Positions 1 to 7,259 of a stretch of 13,551 nt of DNA are shown in pieces. The notes below the pieces were generated by a model, which was not told the origin of the DNA, ran no database searches, and worked only from the letters and a program-made list of their open reading frames with translations. This stretch comes from Candidatus Sericytochromatia bacterium. Lineage in GTDB: Bacteria > Cyanobacteriota > Sericytochromatia > S15B-MN24 > JAQBPE01. The translations under genes were made by a program, and so were the position numbers. Position 1 is the first letter of the stretch; each line of letters starts with the position of its first letter. The stretch covers positions 42,701 through 56,251 of the forward strand of contig JBBAPZ010000011.1 in assembly GCA_040400605.1 (NCBI GenBank), in the 5' to 3' direction.

Positions 1-92
1 CGTTCGGGCGATCGCTTCCGCGCTGGCTCATAAGTCTTTTCAACCCACGCCTGCCGGGCCGCCTGCAAGCCCTCTGTTACCTGCTGTGTCAC
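1..92 (-). CDS. 5' end (partial) of a probable methylmalonyl-CoA mutase family / acyl-CoA mutase large subunit
   Basis: Not in the ORF track. GTG at 92 lies 8 nt after GGGAG and reads open off the window edge: MTQQVTEGLQAARQAWVEKTYEPARKRSPER. The W-x-E-K-T...R-x-P-E-R pattern resembles the N-terminus of split B12-dependent acyl-CoA mutase large subunits. Only 30 codons are visible. Confidence 0.6.
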   Translation of the reverse strand, partial: MTQQVTEGLQAARQAWVEKTYEPARKRSPE

Positions 93-151
93 GCCACACA
101 CTCCCTGACCCGCCCCCACACCCTTGTGAGTACCCCTGTGGGCCTCCAAGG

Positions 152-160
152 ATTGTAACA
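152..160 (-). promoter_or_regulatory. Extended -10 promoter (TGTTACAAT) for the gene starting at 92
   Basis: Minus strand reads TG-T-TACAAT, about 60 nt upstream of the GTG. No good -35 hexamer. Confidence 0.5.
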
Positions 161-413
161 GCCCAAGCCGCATCCTGACACGGGTCACAAACCCTGGCAT
201 AAGCGGTGCACCGGTCAGATGGGCGCTCCTGTCAAAAGAAAGACGGGAAGACCGCTTTAATGATTGACCGAACAGTTGTTTGGCCGCTTTCAACAATCCC
301 GGATCACGCGGTTCGAATTCAAACTGCATTTGCATCATTTGTTGAGGAGAAGGACCACCTGACGGGATTTCATCTACTTGAAAGCGACTTTCGGAAACCA
401 GGAATTTGTACAG

Positions 414-442
414 AAAAGGGCTGCACGTCGCCGGCAGCCCCT
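414..442 (-). terminator. Intrinsic terminator of the 92-aa gene
   Basis: Minus strand GGGCTGC-(9 nt loop)-GCAGCCC followed by TTTTCT, about 20 nt after the TGA at 464. Confidence 0.7.
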
Positions 443-463
443 CGTGTTACGTTCGGTTATGCA

Positions 464-742
464 TCAGTCGACAGGCGGCTTGAAGAAGTCACTAGGGCAG
501 AAACCAGCCGACCCTGCCTCAACTTCAATTGTCACTTTATTCGTTGTCGTCGTCGTCTCTGTGACCGTCACTTTGAGCTTGTCAGGCTCCGATGAGGGGA
601 TGACCACGGGGAACGGTGGCGGCCCACCAGGAAACATCGAAGGGTCCATCCCAGCGGGAATCTTCGGCGGCGCGTCATTCCTCACGTACGGATAACTTCC
701 CTGGCTTGCCGGCAACTTGCCACCCGAATTAACATTTCCCAT
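464..742 (-). CDS. Hypothetical 92-aa Pro-rich protein
   Basis: ATG preceded by AAGGAG at about 7 nt and followed by a terminator. I recognise no family. Confidence 0.7.
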   Translation of the reverse strand: MGNVNSGGKLPASQGSYPYVRNDAPPKIPAGMDPSMFPGGPPPFPVVIPSSEPDKLKVTVTETTTTTNKVTIEVEAGSAGFCPSDFFKPPVD

Positions 743-1125
743 TGCAATGCTCCTTGTCTCCGCTCCTGTCGCGGTAAAAACTACTCCTGATACTTGTATT
801 CCCCCCCCTGCGCATTAAACGTTAAACTTGAACCAAGATCACAAAAAACATCGTATCCCGAGACAGGTAATCAATGGCACTGTGGGCACAAGACCAATGC
901 ACAACAGGCTTTACGCCCCGTGAGTCCGTGCTTTTTGTCGTTTGAACACGGTGCGGGGCGCTTGGTATCGTTCCTAAGACAAGATGGACAGTCACTGTGG
1001 CCTCCGGTGGGATTAGTGCTTCGCAAGAACGCCAGCCAGCGATGGCTGCAAGACCCATTGGTTAGTCCAAGCACCAATCACGCAAACAGGCACAGTGCCT
1101 GAATCAGCCATCATTCTTCTCACGC

Positions 1126-2079
1126 TCAGGAAACAGAAAAAGATGTCGCGCCCCGCGCTGTGGCAACCCGCACCGACCAGGTCGCCTGCACACCCCGCTT
1201 CAGATCCCACTGGGGATACCAACCCCAATCGCGCCCGATGCGCGTCAGATCCAAATGGGATACCCGGACATCGCCTGATCGTGGTGCTTCACGCACAGGC
1301 TTCGCACTCAAAGCGCGCAAATCGCAAACGGCTTTAAACAACTGGTTAATGCTGGTGGCTTCGCCCCCGCCGACGTTGTATGCCGAGGAGCATTCGGCCT
1401 CAAGGGCCAGCAAATTAGCTGTGACGACGTCCTGCACATAGACAAAGTCCTTGCGCTGTTCGCCGTCACCATGAATGACAGGCGATCGCCCCTGCTGCAA
1501 CGCATCCATAAAAATCGCCACCACACCCGCTTCCCCATGCGGATTCTGCCGTGGCCCATACACGTTGCCATAGCGCAGCGTGATGCCCACCATCCCGTAG
1601 CGGCGCTGATAAAAACGCAGATAATGCTCACCGGTCATCTTGCTGATGCCATAAGGGCTGAGTGGCGCCAAGGGCGCGTCCTCAGGCGTTGGTGTCTGCG
1701 ACGCTTCGCCATACACCGTGCCGCCAGAGGAGGCAAAAATGACGCGTTTGACCCCGTGCGTACGTGCGGCTTCGAGCACGTTGAGGGTACCCAGCACGTT
1801 GGTTTTCGCATCGAGCAGGGGCTGGCGATCGCTCACGCTCACACTCAACTGCGCCGCATGGTGGTTAATCACCTCCGGCCGAAACGCCCGCACCGCATCG
1901 TTGACCGCTCGTGCATCCGTGATGTCCTCAGGCACCACCAATAAATCCAAACCCTCCAGATGCGTCAAACTTCCGCTCGAAAAATTGTCCAGCACAGCCA
2001 CCGTATGCCCCGCGGCAAGGTAAGCCTCCACCACATGCGAACCAATAAAGCCCGCCCCCCCCGTTACCAAAACACGCAT
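1126..2079 (-). CDS. NAD-dependent epimerase/dehydratase, UDP-glucose 4-epimerase-like (extended SDR)
   Basis: TGGAGFIG Rossmann motif, HHAAQ, SSGGTVYG, catalytic YGISK (YxxxK), LRYGNVYGPRQ, DFVYVQDV. RBS AAGGGGTG upstream. Exact substrate cannot be determined. Confidence 0.93.
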   Translation of the reverse strand: MRVLVTGGAGFIGSHVVEAYLAAGHTVAVLDNFSSGSLTHLEGLDLLVVPEDITDARAVNDAVRAFRPEVINHHAAQLSVSVSDRQPLLDAKTNVLGTLNVLEAARTHGVKRVIFASSGGTVYGEASQTPTPEDAPLAPLSPYGISKMTGEHYLRFYQRRYGMVGITLRYGNVYGPRQNPHGEAGVVAIFMDALQQGRSPVIHGDGEQRKDFVYVQDVVTANLLALEAECSSAYNVGGGEATSINQLFKAVCDLRALSAKPVREAPRSGDVRVSHLDLTRIGRDWGWYPQWDLKRGVQATWSVRVATARGATSFSVS

Positions 2080-2395
2080 GCCTAATCACCCCTTCGTCAT
2101 CGACGTCCTAAGGCCGGCATCGTAGCGGGATAGACAACAAACACCCAAGGGCAACGCGACCAGACCCATCGGTCGGAATGCATCAAAAAGCACGCAAACG
2201 CCCTGAGGGCACTATAAAGCGACGCATAGGCTTTCGTTCAAAACTTGAGTGGCAAACTCAAGACATCAGGCACAGACTCGTTGTTAATGGATGCCCGTCA
2301 AAATTTGATTAACAGTTAAAGCGTTTCTGTACAGCAGGGATACCTGAGCAATCAAGAAAATGAAGGCCTGTTTCGTCGATGCGGCTGCGTTTGCT

Positions 2396-2767
2396 TCAAC
2401 TGCGCGATACGAGGAACACACCTGCGATGATCAACAACACCCCACTCCAGCGCAACGCATTTACCTGCTCACCCAAAAACAACCAGGCGACCGCCAGAAT
2501 CAACACCTGATTCAACGCCAAAATCGGATACGCCCACGACAACGGCACACGCGTCAACACCATGATCCAGGTCACCGCCCCCAGACCATAACACCCCAAC
2601 CCAGCGACAATCCAAGGGTTGGTGGCAGCCATCCACCCAATCTGCCAAGCCTGCCCGGCAGCCTCCACCCCCACCTCGCCCAGTTGCTTCGCACCTGTCT
2701 TGAGGACAAACTGGCCCACTGTCGACAGAAGAATCGACACCACAATCAAAACAAACGACTGAAACAC
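2396..2767 (-). CDS. SMR/EamA (DMT superfamily) small 4-TM transporter, ArnE/ArnF-like
   Basis: Start revised to GTG 2767 after AGGGGAAGAT (123 aa). Four hydrophobic helices, GQFVLK N-terminal motif, PLSWAYPILAL, and FLGEQV...W.GVLLIIAGV C-terminus. Confidence 0.85.
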   Translation of the reverse strand: MFQSFVLIVVSILLSTVGQFVLKTGAKQLGEVGVEAAGQAWQIGWMAATNPWIVAGLGCYGLGAVTWIMVLTRVPLSWAYPILALNQVLILAVAWLFLGEQVNALRWSGVLLIIAGVFLVSRS

Positions 2768-2884
2768 ATCTTCCCCTGAATTCCAACCACAGCCACGCCA
2801 TCTTAGCACAAGCTCCCCAATACCCCGACTTCCCGGTCTGGTCACACGGGTTGCGAATCTATCGAAATCGACCCAACCCATCAG

Positions 2885-2952
2885 ATATTAAAAAACTTTA
2901 CATTTCTTAACCAAGATTAAGGCACAATTAAATATTTAATGTTCTATAAATA
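2885..2952. promoter_or_regulatory. AT-rich divergent promoter region with phased TTAA repeats
   Basis: Sharp AT-rich island between divergent genes. TTAA/TTAC at 2888, 2898, 2907, 2917, 2928 and 2936. Confidence 0.55.
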
Positions 2953-2990
2953 CTTCAGCAACGTTCTGATTCAGGTTGAGGGGTGATTGC

Positions 2991-3356
2991 GTGACAATGA
3001 TGACGTCCGAGCAGGTTTCGGCTGAGTGGGTTGGGTCTTTTGATAATTGGCAAGCGTTGGATGCGACCGTTGAGGTGGCGCGAACGGTGGCTAGGGATAT
3101 TACGGCGGTTCCGCAGAATTTCGAGATTGTTTTGGCGCAGCTTGAGAATCTGGTGAATCGTTTCCAGGTTATATTGAAAACGTGCAACCATCCGGAAGCG
3201 GAATCTGCGTTGCGGTATCATCGGCGGGCGAGTTTGGAACTCGACAGCGAATTCGTGCCCCTTTATTATCGTCGGGCCGTGCTGGACAATGTGCTGGCGC
3301 GCTACATTCACGCTGGTTCCCGGTTATGCAGGCAGGCAACCCCAGTGTTGGGGTGA
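2991..3356 (+). CDS. Hypothetical soluble, probably helical protein (~120 aa)
   Basis: GAGGGG RBS at 2978-2983 fits GTG 2991 (alternatives ATG 2997 or 3000). Protein-like composition, lies downstream of the AT-rich promoter island, no recognised motif. Confidence 0.65.
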   Translation: MTMMTSEQVSAEWVGSFDNWQALDATVEVARTVARDITAVPQNFEIVLAQLENLVNRFQVILKTCNHPEAESALRYHRRASLELDSEFVPLYYRRAVLDNVLARYIHAGSRLCRQATPVLG

Positions 3357-3492
3357 GTCGTCAGGTTTTGGTGTTGACGATGGGGTTGCTGTTGCAGGGG
3401 GATTATCGGGCGATCGCCCGCGCAGGTGCCGTTAATCCGACGGGCTAAGTGGCCTCTTGTCAATTTCAACCCAAGACGTCTGGCGCTATACC

Positions 3493-3867
3493 TCAATCAG
3501 CATTTTTTTTGGCCCGGCTGATTTCACGCAGGCCATCGATGGTGCAGATCAGGTTGTTCACCACTGCAATGGTCCCGACCATCGTCCCCCCCTTGACCGC
3601 GTCTTGCACCAAGTCTGTCAGATTATCTACCTGCTCGAAGTTACTCGCGTCCAAATGGGCAATGATGTCGATGTAAATCGCATAACATGCGTAGAGTGTG
3701 GCGAGCAACAGCAACACGGTGGTGTACAACAGGCGGCGCATCTGCCGGGTGTAAAGGTAGATCCCTTGGCCGGTGATGATGCCAAGCAACGCGGCGTAGA
3801 GTGTATTGTAACGTTTGGCTGGTTGTGGCGCCGAAAGACTGGCCCAAATACCACGGATCGCTGACAA
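3493..3867 (-). CDS. Hypothetical membrane protein (about 3 TM, distantly TM2-like N-terminus)
   Basis: TTG start with AAGGAG 7 nt upstream, 17 nt after the nadE stop. Hydrophobic segments AALLGIITGQGIYLY, LLYTTVLLLLATLYACYAIYI and MVGTIAVVNNLICTIDG. Confidence 0.75.
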   Translation of the reverse strand: MSAIRGIWASLSAPQPAKRYNTLYAALLGIITGQGIYLYTRQMRRLLYTTVLLLLATLYACYAIYIDIIAHLDASNFEQVDNLTDLVQDAVKGGTMVGTIAVVNNLICTIDGLREISRAKKNAD

Positions 3868-3884
3868 AGCAAAACTCCTTCGAC

Positions 3885-5906
3885 TCAGTGCGCGGAACTG
3901 GCGGCCTGCTCAGCCATTCGTGCCGCCAAGGCCTGCAATTCCAGTTCGTAATGGCCGGACAGGATGGGGAAGCGACACCAGGTTTTGGGGTCGAGGTTTT
4001 GATCATCTAGATGAAACGCCGGCGCGAAGCGCTCACGTTTCCATTGGCTCTGACACCAGAGCCTGAAAAAGCGTGTGATCCATTGTCCCCACTGGGCAGG
4101 GGTATGGCGTGCGCTTTCCGGGTGTGCCAGCAGCATGTCGTAGACCGCGAGTGGACTGGCCTTGTCGCGGATGGCGGCCCTTTCAATCTGAACGAGCACA
4201 TCGTAGGGCATGAGATCGGCCTCGTCAGTCTGGCTTTGCCCAGCCGGGCGTAACTCCGCCGTGGGCGCCTGCCGGTTCACCAGCGCCAGGACCGAAAAGG
4301 CTGGAATGCCCGTCAGGCCCTCGGTTTCCATCCCGATCAGCCATTCGCGCACAAACGCCTTGTCGATGCCCCCAATCGGTGAAAGCCCACCACAGGTGTC
4401 GCCATCCATGGTGGCATAGCCCACCGCTGCTTCGGAGCGGTTGCTGGTTGTGAGCAACAGCGCACCCAGCACATTCGCCAGCATCCACACAGCCGGTCCA
4501 CGCGCCCTGGCCTGAACATTTTGTAGAGCCAGATCGTCTGTTTGCCAATCAAGCGCACGCCCGATAGTCTGCCCCACCAGCCCCGTGTAGGCTTTGACCA
4601 TCGTGTCAATGTCCCATTCGCTGAAGCGAGCGCCGAGCGCGTGAGCCAGTTCACGTGCCGCCTCACGGGTGGTGCTGGAGCTGTTGGCGGTCGATTGATA
4701 CACACAAGTCAGCAAACACCGGGTGAGGTCCGCCAAGGACAAGGCCTCCGCGATGCCAGTGACGTGGGAAAGCTTTGCCTTGAAGCCGTCCAGACCGAGG
4801 TCCTGGGTTCCAAAGTGGACCATCAGGTGCACCAGCAGGGCGCAGGTACTGGAATCCGCGCCACCGGAAAGCGAGAGCACAAAGCCCTTGCTGCGGGATT
4901 TGCGCATATAATCGAAAAGACCCAATGCCACCACGCGCGCAAAGGCCTCATGTCTGGCCCGCTCGGAACTACCCCAGGCCTCACGGACCGGTGCGCGGGG
5001 TGTCTGGCAGGCGACGGCGCCCGGCCATTGCCAGGGGATAACCACGACGTCCTCGTCCCCTGCCTGAAGGGCAGGTCGGTAACTGGAACTGGCGCGGCGT
5101 TGCAGGCGTGTTTTGGCAATGTCGACATTGGCGCTGATGACATGCACATCGTGGTATGACAGGCGGCGACCCAGCCCAAGCAACTCACCACCGGAGGCAA
5201 TCAACGCACCCCCGTCATAGACGATCCGGCCTGACTCACAGCCCATCAGATTGGCGTAGAGATAGGAGACGGCAAATGCACGCGACCCTTCGACTACGAA
5301 GCGTTCACGGATGCGCGCCTTGCCAAAGGCAAAGTGGCTGGCAGACGGGTTGACGATGACATCCACCCCGCGCAGGGCCAGCTCCGCTCCCGGCCGTTTG
5401 GCGACCCAGGCGTCTTCGCAGATCTCAAATCCAACCAGAACACCACCGAGATCGAACATCCAGTCACCCAACGGGTATCGTTCGCCCCGAATGGTTACCC
5501 ACGTGCGCAAACCGGCAGGCCACGGTTTGAACCAACGCGGCTCATAATGCAAGCCATCCCCTGCCAGGTTTTGCTTGACCACAAATCCTGCGATCGCACC
5601 ATCCACAACCAGACAAGCCACATTAAACAACCCGTTGCGATGCACCAAAGGCAATCCCAAACACACGCACAAGCCACGGGTCTCAGGCAAAATCTCATAC
5701 AACATATCCAAAGCCGTCTCACTGACATGCTCCGCATAAAAAGCATCCTCGCAACCGTAGCCCGTGATGCAAAGCTCCGGCAGGCACAACAGGCCGATCC
5801 CTTGCTCCCGCGCCAGACGCAGTGCCGACACAATCCGGTCCCGATTGCCCAACCAGTCCAGAGGCGTCTGATTAAGCGACGCTGCTCCCGCAACCAATAC
5901 CGTCAC
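3885..5906 (-). CDS. nadE: Glutamine-dependent NAD(+) synthetase
   Basis: Nitrilase-fold glutaminase domain (LPELCITGY Glu, Lys in VVKQNL, EICED Cys) fused to a synthetase domain (SGGADS PP-loop, QNVQARAR, TSNRSE, GYATMDGD, PTAEL, QTDEADL). Start revised to GTG 5906 after GGGGGAG (673 aa). Confidence 0.96.
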   Translation of the reverse strand: MTVLVAGAASLNQTPLDWLGNRDRIVSALRLAREQGIGLLCLPELCITGYGCEDAFYAEHVSETALDMLYEILPETRGLCVCLGLPLVHRNGLFNVACLVVDGAIAGFVVKQNLAGDGLHYEPRWFKPWPAGLRTWVTIRGERYPLGDWMFDLGGVLVGFEICEDAWVAKRPGAELALRGVDVIVNPSASHFAFGKARIRERFVVEGSRAFAVSYLYANLMGCESGRIVYDGGALIASGGELLGLGRRLSYHDVHVISANVDIAKTRLQRRASSSYRPALQAGDEDVVVIPWQWPGAVACQTPRAPVREAWGSSERARHEAFARVVALGLFDYMRKSRSKGFVLSLSGGADSSTCALLVHLMVHFGTQDLGLDGFKAKLSHVTGIAEALSLADLTRCLLTCVYQSTANSSSTTREAARELAHALGARFSEWDIDTMVKAYTGLVGQTIGRALDWQTDDLALQNVQARARGPAVWMLANVLGALLLTTSNRSEAAVGYATMDGDTCGGLSPIGGIDKAFVREWLIGMETEGLTGIPAFSVLALVNRQAPTAELRPAGQSQTDEADLMPYDVLVQIERAAIRDKASPLAVYDMLLAHPESARHTPAQWGQWITRFFRLWCQSQWKRERFAPAFHLDDQNLDPKTWCRFPILSGHYELELQALAARMAEQAASSAH

Positions 5907-6248
5907 CGCTCCCCCCACACCTTGCTCAAAAATCCCGCCCGAAACGTCACCGAACACACCAGGCGCACATTCCGTGCATCGAACAATCAATCAGAACACC
6001 ACGCCAAGTCTTCACTTAGTAAAGAAACAGAACCAAGCGCCACGGACCATATCCCGAATTGAAAACAGCACAGACATGATGGAATAATGCCGCTTTCGAC
6101 CCGCTGTATGCACCTGAAGCACCATATTTACTTCACTTATGTACCCAAACTTGAAGGCGTTGTGTTCAACGCGCGTGACGTGGCAAAAATGAGGCGATTC
6201 GTGCTGTAATCAAGTCTGTCCGCAAGCGTGGGTCAAAAGGGGGTGTAC

Positions 6249-6689
6249 GTGTTCGCACAACGGTTGCAATGGGGTATTTTGAGCCTGGCGTTGTTGTGCG
6301 GGTGTCTGCAAGCCCGCATTGACAATCCACCAACCAGCCAGCGCAATGAGCCTGCAACGCGGGCACAAGCCGCCACCATCGCGAATGTGACCGTCAAAGA
6401 AGCGCACGACATTCTAACCGCTACAAATCCACCTTATTTTATCGACGTTCGCACACCCGGGGAATATGCCACAGGACGTGCCAAAGGCGCCAAGCTGCAC
6501 CCCTTGGATGCGCTTGATGAGTGGTCTGCGCAACTGCCAAAAACCCGTAAGTTGCTGATTATCTGCCGTTCCGGCTCACGCAGCATGAAAGCGGCGCAAG
6601 CACTTGTCGAGCGCGGATTCACCCAAGTCACCAACATTCAAGGCGGGACCCTGGACTGGGAAGCGCAAGGGCTGCCCTTGGACCGCTAA
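6249..6689 (+). CDS. Rhodanese-like domain protein, predicted lipoprotein
   Basis: IDVRTPGEY, active-site loop ICRSGSRS, NIQGGTLDW. N-terminal hydrophobic stretch ends in lipobox-like LCGC. GTG 6249 follows AAAAGGGGGT. Confidence 0.9.
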   Translation: MFAQRLQWGILSLALLCGCLQARIDNPPTSQRNEPATRAQAATIANVTVKEAHDILTATNPPYFIDVRTPGEYATGRAKGAKLHPLDALDEWSAQLPKTRKLLIICRSGSRSMKAAQALVERGFTQVTNIQGGTLDWEAQGLPLDR

Positions 6690-7259
6690 ATCGTCCGTTC
6701 GACACTCCCGTTAAACCCAAAATGGTTGACTGGCTCGTGCGCCGATAGTCTGCGTTTATTGAACACGCAAGGGGATGACGGGACACGTTCGGAATCAGCC
6801 ACGTTTCGCTGATAAGACGCTTGAGCGAAGCGTGACCTGACCGTCGTGACTGCCTGAGATGCTATCGGTATGAACGAGGCGTGTAGAGGCTGGCGCACGC
6901 CCACTCTGGGCTTAGACCCCGCGCAGTGACGTGCCGTCTCGCCACTGGTCCGGCGTCATGGTGGGCTGCGGGTCGGAAACCGAAGCAGGCCGCGCATCAG
7001 GCCTTGAATGAGATGGCGATTTGATGTGCCCCAACAAGCGGTGGAGTCCCACGTTGCCTGCAAATAAAGCCTGATCCATTGCTTCGCCTCCTAACAGATT
7101 CTGTACAACAGTTGTCGGGTGTGCTGGCCCGCAGCTTGCGCGGTGGGCAAGAATTTAAATCAGAATTAAACGGCCAATGAAACTGTGCTGAAATGGCCCG
7201 TGTCCCTGGGCGTCTGAGCGTCACCATGGGTTGGTTGAGCTGATGAAGGGGATGGGGCA

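Noticed and set aside
93..460. Cobalamin riboswitch upstream of the putative mutase (also considered GCCACTG at 6941)
   Set aside because: No GGGAA…GGTG.AA.TCC core or B12 box is present, and the promoter position leaves only a ~50-nt leader.
822..995. 57-aa minus-strand ORF with GGAGG 5 nt before GTG
   Set aside because: The RBS is plausible but the product has no recognisable features and runs into the AT-rich upstream region of the 92-aa gene. Support is insufficient.
871..1077. Cys-rich 68-aa ORF (CPSC, CPQCH) as a zinc-finger or heme peptide
   Set aside because: No RBS, a non-ATG start and overlap with other equally weak ORFs make it likely chance.
4542..6062. Long plus-strand ORFs (205 aa and 242 aa) and similar ORFs opposite the epimerase, the small transporter, moxR and DUF58
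   Set aside because: These are antisense shadows of well-supported genes in GC-rich DNA, with no motifs.
6726..6751. Sigma70 (TTGACT…TAGTCT) or sigma28 (GCCGATAG) promoter
   Set aside because: The 14-nt spacer is too short for sigma70, and there is no TAAA at the sigma28 -35 position.
6966..6988. Hairpin resembling SRP RNA helix 8 (…GGAAAC CGAAGCAG)
   Set aside because: It lacks the conserved CAGG strand and the 3-bp stem/GNRA geometry, and I see no long enclosing helix.
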